DNA from: an uncultured Methanoregulaceae archaeon
Lineage (GTDB): Archaea; Halobacteriota; Methanomicrobia; Methanomicrobiales; Methanospirillaceae
Direction: 5' to 3'
Assembly: GCA_963705255.1 (NCBI GenBank)
Contig: OY970061.1
Coordinates: 544,001-608,000 of the forward strand
Length of the DNA: 64,000 nucleotides
Shown: piece by piece, positions 1 through 9,301 of the stretch
Numbering within the stretch: the stretch's first letter is position 1
Layout: each line of letters begins with the position of its first letter
The notes under the pieces: generated by a model
Databases searched by the model: none
What the model saw: only the letters and a program-made list of their open reading frames with translations
What the model was told of the DNA's origin: nothing
Program-made: the position numbers and the translations under genes

Positions 1-1196
1 GACAATCCCAGAATCTCGGGGGGAACACCGATCGAGTACATGGCAGCAGTAAAGGTGATCGCCCGGGGCAGCGTGACACCGCCGGTACTCCGGGTATAGC
101 CGAACAGGCCGATGTGGAGTTTGCGCTTGCGCCGGCCCGGTATATGGGCTGCAACCCGGTTGACGATGTCCGTGAGCGGGAGGAGTTCGTTGATGTAGGC
201 CTGCGTGTATTTCCCGATGATCTCACAGCACCGTTTTTCATCAATGGCCGCCGGTGCGACAACCTCGCGCTGTTCAAGCTGCCTGACTGCAGTCCGCACC
301 GCATCCAGCGGATAGTCATACTTGAATGCGGACTGGATGGTGAAGGTATGTGCCGAAGGATACTCGGCGCTGACCCGGTCTACGGTATCCGGCCGGAGGT
401 TGCCCCTGAACGGTGCAGACCCGACCCCGATGATCGGGAAGACCGGGGTGCCAGTCCGCTCCTGCAGGGCGTTCAGGTTAAAGAGAGTGATCTTGTTGAG
501 CAGGACTGCGCTGACAAGCCCGTAGTTCATGGCCGGATCCGAGCGGGCAAGAAAGACCCGCTGGTAGGGGAGCTGCTTGTCGAGCAGGTACCGCCGTACC
601 GTTGTGTGGGCACCGAGCATGCTCTTCTGGTCTTCGAATAACGGGATCACGTTGATATGCCGGGGTCCAAACGTCCCGATCCAGTCGGCGATGGTGGTAT
701 CCCTTCCGCCGAGCCGTTTGTACTGCTTGCCGATCACAAAATCCGCGTAATACTGGTAGATGTTGTCGATGGCGGTATGGGAATCGGTCATCGGCAGGAT
801 GACTTCAAAGATAGGCGCAATATCTTCCTTATAGAAGAGTTTTGCACTGTCGAAAGAGCGGGGGATGCTTTCCAGAGTCTCGAGCAGGATCTTTGCCTCG
901 GCCTTCTCCACCTGCGGGTTTGGCACACGGAGGGTAAGGAAGATATCCTGTCCCAGTTTTTTTTCTGAAAAGAACGGGAAATAGGTGGTCAGGAGTTTCT
1001 TGACAACGAAGTTGTCCACTTCCTTTCCTTCGCAGTCCCACATCTGCTCCCGGCAGTTGAGGTGCGAGTAGACATAATATGCCTCCCTGACCTCATCCTC
1101 GCCACCGAGCTCGGACGATTCTGCAAAAAAAGGCACGTGGACGTTGTCCGGGTGCTGGGTGCTCATGCATTTGGGGATCCTGGGCAACTCATCCAT
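1..1196 (-). CDS. ppcA: Archaeal-type phosphoenolpyruvate carboxylase (3' end beyond window start)
   Basis: Manual translation from ATG 1196: MDELPRIPKCMSTQHPDNVHVPFF...EQMWDCEGKEVD...FLTLRVPNP, the typical PpcA N-terminus; absent from ORF track because there is no stop in the window. Confidence 0.93.
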   Translation of the reverse strand, partial: MDELPRIPKCMSTQHPDNVHVPFFAESSELGGEDEVREAYYVYSHLNCREQMWDCEGKEVDNFVVKKLLTTYFPFFSEKKLGQDIFLTLRVPNPQVEKAEAKILLETLESIPRSFDSAKLFYKEDIAPIFEVILPMTDSHTAIDNIYQYYADFVIGKQYKRLGGRDTTIADWIGTFGPRHINVIPLFEDQKSMLGAHTTVRRYLLDKQLPYQRVFLARSDPAMNYGLVSAVLLNKITLFNLNALQERTGTPVFPIIGVGSAPFRGNLRPDTVDRVSAEYPSAHTFTIQSAFKYDYPLDAVRTAVRQLEQREVVAPAAIDEKRCCEIIGKYTQAYINELLPLTDIVNRVAAHIPGRRKRKLHIGLFGYTRSTGGVTLPRAITFTAAMYSIGVPPEILGL

Positions 1197-1442
1197 GGGA
1201 TTCACCGGCGCCGTGCTTTCCGGTCGGACGTCTATAACCTGTTATCGTCAACCATATTTATTTTTGAGGTTGACAAACTCCGGAATTCACAACCCGGGCC
1301 GGCACCTGCTCTCCTCACCGGCTCTTGCCAAACGCCCCACTCTCACCGGCCAACGGCTGCACCATCGCGCAAGAACCGGCCCGGCATCAGGGCCACTGGC
1401 AGATTCACCCTATGAGCTGCAATCCCATCCTGGTATAATCGC

Positions 1443-1793
1443 TCACTTCCGCGCTTCTTCGCTCTTAAGGATCTGTCGGATCTCGGTTTTCAGGTCAGGC
1501 AGTTTGTTTGTAGCGTTATCCCAGAGGATCGTATATTTGATCCCGAAATAGACATGGGTGAGGACGTCGCGGAACCCGGCAATCTTTTTCCAGTCCGTAT
1601 TGGGATACCGCTCCTTGAGATCGTCCGGGAGTTTTTCATCGCTTCCCCAATAACCTGAAAATTCCTGATAACGGCATCCCGGCGTCGGCGGTCATGAGAA
1701 AATTCTTCGAATGAGATCCCGCTTGTATCCTCTTCGATATTGCCGATTGATTCGAGGATATCGTCAAGGTACTGGAGCACGGTCCTACGTATA
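1443..1793 (-). pseudogene. HepT/DUF86 HEPN toxin, disrupted (ATA at the expected start; frameshift ~1631)
   Basis: YLDDILESIGNIEE...DAVIRNFQVIGEA continues in another frame as PDDLKERYPNTDWKKIAGFRDVLTHVYFGI (R-x4-H HEPN motif). Confidence 0.75.
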
Positions 1794-2070
1794 GACGACC
1801 TCACTGAGGATGTAGGGTTTAAGCCGTTTCTTGATTGCACCTTTCATGATGAGATCGACATTGCGCCCGAACAGGTCTTCGAGATAGAACTTGCAATCCA
1901 TATAGTTTATCGAAAGTCTCCTCTCCTTCCCGGAACGTTACGAGAACGTCAACGTCACTTTCCGGCCGCGCCTCTCCCCGTATAAATGAACCAAAGATGC
2001 CAATTGTTGCAATCCCGAACCGTTTCTTCAGTTCCGGTTCGTGCTGACGGAGGAGTTTAAGAACATCCAT
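1785..2070 (-). pseudogene. MNT-family nucleotidyltransferase antitoxin, frameshifted ~1907
   Basis: GIFGSFIRGEARPESDVDVLV motif; after removing one A it continues YMDCKFYLEDLFGRNVDLIMKGAIKKRLKPYIL. Confidence 0.78.
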
Positions 2071-2375
2071 AAATTTTCTGTACGTGAGAGTTTGTGTGTT
2101 TCTGATATTAATGCATTGACGGTTTTGGGCTTTATCCCGAAGCTAATTCTTATCCCCCGATGGCTATAGCATGAGGAGAGCCCACTCATACCATAACGGC
2201 CAGCCTCTGCCCGGAATTTTTCAACCAGACCTTGCAGGAAAAATTTTAACCGATCCCCAGACCCCGGCCTGAAAAAGACGCGAATGAAAGTCTCCTGGAT
2301 TGTATGAACGGCTGCTGAAAATGCCTGGCTTTTCAGACCATTGTAACCGGTCATGCGGTGGAAAAGCGGGTCTGG

Positions 2376-3632
2376 TCAGGGCGGATGATCGCCAGCCCCC
2401 CACCGTTTCCGGATCCCCTGCGCCGCCAGGTACCCGGTCGAGAACGCGACCTGCAGGTTGTAGCCTCCGGTATCCCCGTCGATGTCCAGCACTTCGCCGG
2501 CAAAAAACAGCCCGGGCACGATGGTCGATTCCATGGTCTTCTGGTTAACGCCCTCCAGCGCAACGCCGCCGCGGGTGGCCATCGCGACGGAATATTCTCC
2601 GAGCGCGGCAACCGTCAGCGGGAATTCCGTGCAGTTCGTGACTAGTTTCGATCGCTGCGCTGCCGGGAAGTGGGAGCATTTGAGGTCATCCGGGATGCCG
2701 GACAAGACCAGCAGTTTTTTGTTGAGGCGCTCCGGGATCGGGTACGCGGCAAGGATGGTCCGGACCTGCCAGCCGGGGTTCTCCTGCACGCGCTTAGCAA
2801 GGTCAGCGGCAAACTCCTCGCGTCTCATGGCGCCCACAAACGAGAGCCGGATACCATCCCCTGCCCGGATATCCCGCGATGCATCCAGGATGCCAGGGCC
2901 GGAAAGGCCAAGGTGCGTGAAGAGGAGATCCCCGGAATAATCCGCAACTTTCTTCCCGTCCCTCCAGACCGAGAACGGAAGGGACTCAAACGAGATGCCG
3001 GAGAGCGCTGCAAACGGGAAGTTGCCGATCTTCAGCGGGGCGAGTGCCGGTGCGGTCTCCGTCAGCGGCTGGCCAAGTGCTGCAGCGAAGCGGTACCCGT
3101 CACCGGTCGAGCCGGTCAGCGGATAGGACCTACCGCCGGTGGTAATGACGACTGCGCCGGCACGGTATAAGGTTGTGCCGGTCTGTACGATAAACCCCTC
3201 CTGGTCCTGCACTATCTCCTCAACCTGCTCCGCACACCTCAGTTCCACGCCCCGCTTCCCGCATTCCCGTACGAGGATCGAGAGGACGTCCGCCGAGGCG
3301 CGGGTCTCCGGGAACACTTTCCCGTCCTCACCGGCCGCCATCCCAAGGCCGCGCTCAGAAAAGAAACGGACGAGGTCGTCGTTGGTAAAACCATGGAGGG
3401 CCGGCTTGAGGAACCTGCCGTTCTTCCCGTAGTGCGATAGAAATTCAGCAACCGTGCCGGTATGAGTGATGTTGCACTGCCCCGACCCGGTGAGCAGGAG
3501 CTTGGCGCCCGGCATCGCATTTTTTTCCAGGAGCACGACCCGGCGGCCCGGCACGGCAGCATGGACTGCACAGAAGAGCCCGGCCGGCCCGCCCCCGATC
3601 ACCACGGCATCGGACTGTTCGATCGCGATCAC
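2376..3632 (-). CDS. HI0933/BaiN-family NAD(P)/FAD-dependent oxidoreductase
   Basis: GGGPAG FAD motif, GxKLLxTGxGxCNITH, C-terminal GEVLDIDGDTGGYNLQ. Confidence 0.9.
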   Translation of the reverse strand: MIAIEQSDAVVIGGGPAGLFCAVHAAVPGRRVVLLEKNAMPGAKLLLTGSGQCNITHTGTVAEFLSHYGKNGRFLKPALHGFTNDDLVRFFSERGLGMAAGEDGKVFPETRASADVLSILVRECGKRGVELRCAEQVEEIVQDQEGFIVQTGTTLYRAGAVVITTGGRSYPLTGSTGDGYRFAAALGQPLTETAPALAPLKIGNFPFAALSGISFESLPFSVWRDGKKVADYSGDLLFTHLGLSGPGILDASRDIRAGDGIRLSFVGAMRREEFAADLAKRVQENPGWQVRTILAAYPIPERLNKKLLVLSGIPDDLKCSHFPAAQRSKLVTNCTEFPLTVAALGEYSVAMATRGGVALEGVNQKTMESTIVPGLFFAGEVLDIDGDTGGYNLQVAFSTGYLAAQGIRKRWGAGDHPP

Positions 3633-3720
3633 TTCCCGGATACCGTAGGTTGCCCGGGTTTAGATAGATCGTCCCAGGGCCCGGCGCCGGGGAATCGCCT
3701 CACTATCCGGCAGGATTCAT

Positions 3721-4077
3721 GAGGGCGACCCCCTCTCTCAGGTCGCAGAACTCTGACGAGTTCTTCTCCAGTCTGCTCTTCCCTTCGGGAACAGCAGTCT
3801 CCCTAGAGGGGGGAGGCATCCCAAAGGGAGCGCCCCCTTGACCCCCTCCTATTATTCATCCAGTTCTCTGAAAATTTCTCACTAACCTTCTGAGTGATTA
3901 TCGCGCTGTGGGGGATGCCACAGCGGCGGGGAATTAACCGTCGCATCAGCGAGGGTTAATTGGAGAAGAATTCATCAGAATTCTTCGACTGCGAAGGCGA
4001 CAGCATTCGAAGAACCCTCCGGGTTCTTCTCAAGCCTGTTCTTCCCTTCGGGAACAGCAGTCTCCCCCAAGAGCGTC
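3721..4077. repeat. Mosaic palindromic intergenic repeat (copy 1)
   Basis: Backbone shared with 19200-19410 and 28839-29120; REP-like hairpins at 3743-3769, 3962-3988, 4007-4032; two CTTCCCTTCGGGAACAGCAGTCTC units. Confidence 0.85.
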
Positions 4078-4134
4078 TTTTTTTATCTCTTCAAAGCAGG
4101 AAAAACAAAAAAAACCGAAAACTAAAAAACCAAT

Positions 4135-4416
4135 TTATGCGTGATGGCTTTTTGCTCGCTTGCGCAGGGCCTCGGCATAGTGGTGGCGGAGTTCTGCGGT
4201 CTCCTCTGCAGTAAAATCTTTCTTTTTTGTGGCGTGGAGGTGCTTTTCCATCTGTTTTACGATATGCTCGGCCTCGTGGTAATCCTCGACCTCGAGATAC
4301 GCGGGTGCCCTGGCAACCTCATGCGCATGCCCGCAGAGCGGACAGAGTTTCCAGCGCTGGAAACGGTCCACGTAGGAGAACGTCCTGCATCCCGGGCAGC
4401 GGATGATGAGGTACAT
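4135..4416 (-). CDS. Small zinc-ribbon protein (DUF1922-like)
   Basis: MYLIIRCPGC...CPLCG two CxxC pairs; start placed at ATG 4416. Confidence 0.7.
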   Translation of the reverse strand: MYLIIRCPGCRTFSYVDRFQRWKLCPLCGHAHEVARAPAYLEVEDYHEAEHIVKQMEKHLHATKKKDFTAEETAELRHHYAEALRKRAKSHHA

Positions 4417-4560
4417 GGTAATCAGGTGATGGGTGCTATCCTCATAAAAATATATCGGCGGACGGTTAAAACGTTTCACCGGATTTCTCCCGGTTATATG
4501 ACGGATGCCCCAAAAACCCGGAGCATACAAGGCCCTGTCTTCGTGCAGGGTATACCGTGG

Positions 4561-5412
4561 CTACCGGTCACACTGGTGATGCCAGCCCCCGGCGGATTTT
4601 TTCGGCATTTTCGGCAACAGCCGCGCCACAATGGCAGCAAGGATGAAGAAACAGATGGTAACAAGGACAATTGACCCGCCCGGGGCGAGGTTATACATGA
4701 ATGACAGCTGTAACCCGGCAAAGACCGAGAAGACCGCGGTACCGCAGGCAGCGAGTACGGTCCGCTTGAACGGCATCTTCAGTTGTATCATCGCAGATGC
4801 CGGGATTACGATCAGGCTTGACACCAGGAGAACACCCACCAGCCGCATCGCAACGACCACGGTCAGACCGGTCAGTATGGTGAAGACAAGTTCCAGTGCC
4901 GGCACCGGCAGTCCTGAAACTCTGGCGAACTCCGCATCGACCGTGATCCCTACCCATTCCTTCCAGAACAACAATAAAATACCGATGACTATCACCCCGA
5001 GACCTGCCGCAAGGTAGATATCTGTCTGGTTTATACCGAGGATTGTCCCGAAAAGAAAGGAGAGGACGTCGACGGCCACATTCTGCGTGATGCTTACGAG
5101 GATGATCCCGATTGCGAGCCCTGCTGCAAACAGGATCGCGATTGCTGCATCCGAGGCCACCCGTAATTTACCGAGCGCGTGGATACCCAGTGCCCCGAGC
5201 ACCACCCCGGCAACGGCCGTGTATAACGGGTAAATTCCCGTGAATAACCCGAAGGCGATCCCGCCAAAGGCTACATGGCTCAGCCCGTCTGCGATGAGTG
5301 AGAGTCTCCGGAGGACGAGGAACACCCCGAGGCTCGAACAGGTGACTGCGACGATCAGCCCCCCTGTCAGGGCGCGGACTCCGAACTGGTAGGCTAAAAA
5401 TTCAAGGACCAT
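4561..5412 (-). CDS. Zn/Mn ABC transporter permease (ZnuB-like)
   Basis: Hydrophobic; LRRLSLIADGLSHVAFGG motif of ABC-3 permeases. Confidence 0.9.
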   Translation of the reverse strand: MVLEFLAYQFGVRALTGGLIVAVTCSSLGVFLVLRRLSLIADGLSHVAFGGIAFGLFTGIYPLYTAVAGVVLGALGIHALGKLRVASDAAIAILFAAGLAIGIILVSITQNVAVDVLSFLFGTILGINQTDIYLAAGLGVIVIGILLLFWKEWVGITVDAEFARVSGLPVPALELVFTILTGLTVVVAMRLVGVLLVSSLIVIPASAMIQLKMPFKRTVLAACGTAVFSVFAGLQLSFMYNLAPGGSIVLVTICFFILAAIVARLLPKMPKKSAGGWHHQCDR

Positions 5413-5421
5413 GGTCTGATC

Positions 5422-6183
5422 TCAGGTGCTTCTGCCTGCCTCTATCATCAGGTTCCACAGGCCTTCCGCGTTGAGGTTCGCAGCGGGGCCGTCGTAGATC
5501 ACCTTCCGTTGCAGGAATATGACCCGTTCGACATGCGCTGCCAGGTCAGGCAGGTCGTGCAGGATCATCAGGACGGTGATCCGGTGCGCTTTGTTCAGGT
5601 GAGTGACCAGTTTATAGAACTCCTGCTTGCTCTGGGCATCGACACCGTTCGTGGGTTCGTCGAGGGCGATGATATGGGGCCTGCCGACAAGTGCGCGGGC
5701 GATCAGGGTTCTCTGCTGCTGGCCGCCGGAAAGGTCTGAAAACAACTCGTGCTGCACATTTTCAAGACCCGCTTCTGCGATTGCATTGCCGACAGCCCTC
5801 TTACTGTCGGAATTCATGCGCCTGAACAGTCCTACCTGGCCGAACGTTCCCATCTCGACGACTTCCCGGGCAGTAACCGGAAATTGTTCCTGCCTGATGA
5901 CCGGGTTCTGGGGGACATAGCCGATGCAGGGCCTGCAGGGGGTCATGCCCTCGCATTCATCGATATGGCAGGTGAATGCAACGGTTCCCTTGTCGGGCTT
6001 CAGGAGGCCGACCATGATCTTCATGAGGGTGGATTTCCCCGAGCCGTTCGGCCCGGCAATTCCCACGAGCTCTTCCTGCCGGATCGAGAGTGATACATCT
6101 TCGAGGACGGTGTTTGCCCCGTACGCAAACCAGACATTGTCCAGGGTGAGACAGACCTGCTCACCTTCATGGGTCACTGGCAT
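5422..6183 (-). CDS. Zn/Mn ABC transporter ATP-binding protein (ZnuC-like)
   Basis: Walker A GPNGSGKST, LSGGQQQR, Walker B ALDEP. Confidence 0.92.
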   Translation of the reverse strand: MPVTHEGEQVCLTLDNVWFAYGANTVLEDVSLSIRQEELVGIAGPNGSGKSTLMKIMVGLLKPDKGTVAFTCHIDECEGMTPCRPCIGYVPQNPVIRQEQFPVTAREVVEMGTFGQVGLFRRMNSDSKRAVGNAIAEAGLENVQHELFSDLSGGQQQRTLIARALVGRPHIIALDEPTNGVDAQSKQEFYKLVTHLNKAHRITVLMILHDLPDLAAHVERVIFLQRKVIYDGPAANLNAEGLWNLMIEAGRST

Positions 6184-7208
6184 ACCATCGCTTTTTTCAT
6201 TTCCTGCAGGTTGTTCTCCATGATCGCCACGTAATCGGTATCCTCCGGCGTCAGGGGGCCCGAAGGGAGTACCTCCATTGTGGTGAACGCATACAAGGGA
6301 AGATTGAGTTCGGCAGATACGGATTTACTCAGGTCTTCAGCTTCATCCGGTTCCGCGAGGACTCCTCTTGCATTGTGTGCCTTTGCCTCACTGACGATGG
6401 CCGCCATCTGCTGAATGGATGGTTCCGCGTCGGGACTCATCCCGGCAATGGAGATCGGTGTCAGGTTGTACGCCGCCGCAGTATAGTCAAGGAAGGCGTG
6501 CGAGCTCAGGAACGTCCTGGTGGTGCAGTTCGAAAACCCTGCCTTGTAGTCGGAGTCGAGCTGTTTCAGCCGTTTTTCAAATGCTGCAGCATTATTCTGG
6601 TAATCGGTCGCATTTTCCGGGTCTGCTTCTGATAGTTGTTGGGCTACGTAGGGTACATAATACTCTGCCAGCTGCGGCGATAACCAGAGATGCGGGTCCT
6701 GGGTCAGGTTCGGGAAGTCCGCGTACCGGCTCTTCATCTGGTCATAGACAGGTCCCGGGATGGCATCGGCGAAGGTCACGAGTTGTATATCAGGGTTTGT
6801 CGAATCTGCAAGGGTTGCTGCCCAGGGTTCGAGGAACGGACCGTCATAGAAGAAGATCTTCCCGTTTTTCAGAGCTACTGCATCGTCCGGTGTCGGCTCA
6901 TAATCATGGGGATCGGCGCCGGGCGGGAGTATCTGGGTGATGGTGATATGATCCCCGCCAACGGGTGCGACGAGGAGCGTGAACGGGCGGAACGAGGTGA
7001 TTACCGGTAATCCGTTTCCTGAACCGGTAGCCTGGGCTGATCCTGGGACGCCGGTAGTGGATTGACCGCCGGGCGCATTCTTTGCGGGAGTGGCACCCGG
7101 TTGAATAGATCCCTGCGAGCTGCTCGTGCAGCCGGTTGCTGCAGCGAGCACAAGAATGATTACCAGGGCCGCGATCGGCAGAATCGATTTATATTGTCTT
7201 TGTACCAT
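6174..7208 (-). CDS. Zn/Mn ABC transporter substrate-binding lipoprotein (ZnuA-like)
   Basis: PPGADPHDYEP and DPHLWLSP motifs; lipobox-like AAATGC; start moved to ATG 7208. Confidence 0.88.
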   Translation of the reverse strand: MVQRQYKSILPIAALVIILVLAAATGCTSSSQGSIQPGATPAKNAPGGQSTTGVPGSAQATGSGNGLPVITSFRPFTLLVAPVGGDHITITQILPPGADPHDYEPTPDDAVALKNGKIFFYDGPFLEPWAATLADSTNPDIQLVTFADAIPGPVYDQMKSRYADFPNLTQDPHLWLSPQLAEYYVPYVAQQLSEADPENATDYQNNAAAFEKRLKQLDSDYKAGFSNCTTRTFLSSHAFLDYTAAAYNLTPISIAGMSPDAEPSIQQMAAIVSEAKAHNARGVLAEPDEAEDLSKSVSAELNLPLYAFTTMEVLPSGPLTPEDTDYVAIMENNLQEMKKAMVCQ

Positions 7209-7290
7209 CCGGACCACAATCCATCGCTTGACACCCGTCTCTTTTCTGCAAATCTGCTTCGCCGGGTGTCCATATAAAAGTTGTGAGAAT

Positions 7291-7307
7291 TTTGGACAGT
7301 TCCCAAA
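7291..7307. promoter_or_regulatory. Candidate DtxR-family operator TTTGG-N7-CCAAA upstream of the metal ABC operon
   Basis: TTTGGACAGTTCCCAAA; related site TTTGGACTGATTACAAA (minus) at 7897-7913 upstream of the regulator. Confidence 0.45.
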
Positions 7308-7441
7308 TTTTTCTTTCATGTTCTTTCCGGGCCGGCCAAAAACGCATCCGAAGGAATTTTTCAGAATGCCCACCTGCGGCTGCCCGGAGAGAGCGGGTGC
7401 AATCGATACCGCCGGAACAAAGGTTCAGGTTCCCGGCCTTA

Positions 7442-7879
7442 TTACCTGAGGCAGCCGTCATCATGCGTTATATCCCCGCAGACACCCTGGTTCGGATGTC
7501 CCATGGCCCTGCACATCCGGTCTATGGCATCCTTCGAGACGAAACTCTCGAACCTCGAGACCTCACGGCAGGCCTGTTCATGCGAAAGACCAAAATGCGT
7601 CAGCGCCAGCGCGAGAATCCTGTGTCTTTTGATCAGGAATTCTGCCGTGATCTTTCCTTTCTCCGAGAGCGATACCCCGTAATACGGTGTGTAAACCAGA
7701 AGCCCCTCACCGGCAAGTTCGACAATGGTTTTTGTAATGGTTGAAGGGTCCACGCCAAAACCGGCGGCCAGGTCATTCGTCTTCACAGGACTGTTCTTCC
7801 CGTTCATGAATTTGATATATTCGACTTTCTTTGGCGAAAGTTCAAGCCCGGTATCCCCGCTCATGGGTACAATGTTCAT
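7442..7879 (-). CDS. DtxR/MntR-family metal-dependent transcriptional regulator
   Basis: HTH (TNDLAAGFGVDPSTITKTI), KRHRIL and GHP...CG motifs; adjacent to metal ABC operon. Confidence 0.88.
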   Translation of the reverse strand: MNIVPMSGDTGLELSPKKVEYIKFMNGKNSPVKTNDLAAGFGVDPSTITKTIVELAGEGLLVYTPYYGVSLSEKGKITAEFLIKRHRILALALTHFGLSHEQACREVSRFESFVSKDAIDRMCRAMGHPNQGVCGDITHDDGCLR

Positions 7880-8075
7880 GGGTAAACCAAAAAATGTTTG
7901 TAATCAGTCCAAAAATATCCGGGGATCAGATTTGCTTGAATGCCGTGATAATGAATTCACTTCGTGCCCGGGCATCGCGCAGGTCAGGTATCTCCGGTTG
8001 GAGTAAAAAAGGCAGAGGCACGGATGCGCTGAGTGGGAAGAAAAGGCTTTGGAGAAATCATAGGTTTTCATCTTA

Positions 8076-8371
8076 GACGCTCTGAGGGCTACGGCATCTG
8101 ATCCCTCCCCGCTGCTTAGGCATCCCCCATAGAGAGATAGTCCCTTAAAAGGTTAGTGAAAATCCTGCCGAAAATGGGGTCGCAGATTTACTTTGTAAAT
8201 CTTCTCCTCTTCGAGGTCTGAAGACCTCTCAGAGATTCAAGGGGATGCTCCCCCTGCGTTGCCCCCCTTCTGGGGGCAGACTGATGTTCCCGAAGGGAAA
8301 TCGCGGAAGGTTGTCTCTCTTTTACCATTGCGATGAACGCCGCCGCCCCCGACGGGGCGCCCCCGCGGCGG
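8076..8371. repeat. Mosaic palindromic repeat (copy 2, inverted) ending in the left-arm module 8330-8371
   Basis: Reverse complement of the 19200/28839 backbone with nested hairpins 8180-8238, then GCGATGAACGCCGCCGCCCCCG.CGGGGCGCCCCCGCGGCGG. Confidence 0.85.
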
Positions 8372-8472
8372 TTTTTATACGGTTATATTTGAAAAAACGA
8401 ATGGTAAAATTCACTTTCATTCTGCGTAATACAGATTATTAAATACAGGGATTAAGAATAGTCCATTGAGAT

Positions 8473-9096
8473 ATGGATTTGTCGATAAAAGACCGTAAAA
8501 AATTATGGAGCGCGGCTTCCGGAATATGTTCCTATCATCATAATGGCGAAAATTGTGAAAAAAAACTATTTGCAGCGAATGGAATGGTTGATACCAACCT
8601 AGGTGAAGAGTGCCATATTGTCGGTGAAAGACCCGGCGCTGCAAGATATCTAGAAAATTTTGCTGAAAAAGAGACTTCCGACAATGCAATTGTCCTATGC
8701 AAAATACATCATAAAATTGTTGATGATAATCCCGATGAATATACGGTGGACGTCCTTAAAAGAATGAAAGAGGAGCATGAACGCACAATCTCCGAAAGAT
8801 TAGCAAATCGAGAAATTGTACCATTTATATTAAATGATTGTCAGATCTTGCTTAAAGTTGATAAAGCGGAAGAAGATGTAATAGGATTAGATGTTCAGAG
8901 ACCCGCAATACTTTCGAATGTTGGTGTAAGGGTCCAAGTAGGTGAAGCCAAGACCGCAATTGGAATGAAGGTTTCAGGAGGACTTACTGTAACAATGGGT
9001 TATTGTGAAAATTGTAAAAGATATTTTAGTAAATCCTTTTCAGGTCAACAAGATACGCAAATTAAAGAATGCCCTTCCTGTCATCGACCTGTATAA
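8473..9096 (+). CDS. HNH endonuclease-domain protein with C-terminal zinc ribbon (foreign, AT-rich)
   Basis: LW..ASGICS...C...GEECHIVG..PG..R...NAIVLCKIHHKIVD...Y.VD.L..MK..HE pattern; CxxC..CxxC at C-terminus; much more AT-rich than flanks. Confidence 0.8.
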   Translation: MDLSIKDRKKLWSAASGICSYHHNGENCEKKLFAANGMVDTNLGEECHIVGERPGAARYLENFAEKETSDNAIVLCKIHHKIVDDNPDEYTVDVLKRMKEEHERTISERLANREIVPFILNDCQILLKVDKAEEDVIGLDVQRPAILSNVGVRVQVGEAKTAIGMKVSGGLTVTMGYCENCKRYFSKSFSGQQDTQIKECPSCHRPV

Positions 9097-9104
9097 AACC
9101 TTCC

Positions 9105-9148
9105 TGCCCCGCCGTGCCTCGGAGAGGCCCTGAGGCGGGGGCCTCCCC
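9105..9148. repeat. Right-arm module of the repeat family
   Basis: TGCCCCGCCGTGCC...GGCCCTGAGGCGGG matches 25185-25227 and inverted copies 52779-52822, 39206-39248. Confidence 0.85.
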
Positions 9149-9301
9149 TATCAGAATTTTCATAATTTTTTGTGGAATTATCCATCTTTTTCGTTTCAAC
9201 CGAACATGGTGAAGAAACTGGATCGTCCCAGCCGGTACAAGTGGACCTCCACGCTCAATCCGAAACCGCTATATCGGGCGATCATTCATAGAGATGTGAC
9301 T

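Noticed and set aside
114-968. Plus-strand ORFs over ppcA, and other long antisense ORFs such as 15487-16557, 50761-52167, 59456-60400
   Set aside because: Shadow frames of well-supported genes in GC-rich DNA, with no recognisable motifs.
3960-4214. Short ORFs inside repeats (3960-4214, 8245-8442, 19090-19410, 25023-25229, 28940-29146, 52640-53077, 62217-62600)
   Set aside because: They are translations of the palindromic modules; frames are not preserved between copies and there are no transposase motifs.
8372-9148. Canonical integron cassette with attC site
   Set aside because: Could not identify RYYYAAC/GTTRRRY core boxes in the arms, and there is no integrase or cassette array in the window; kept only as an analogy.
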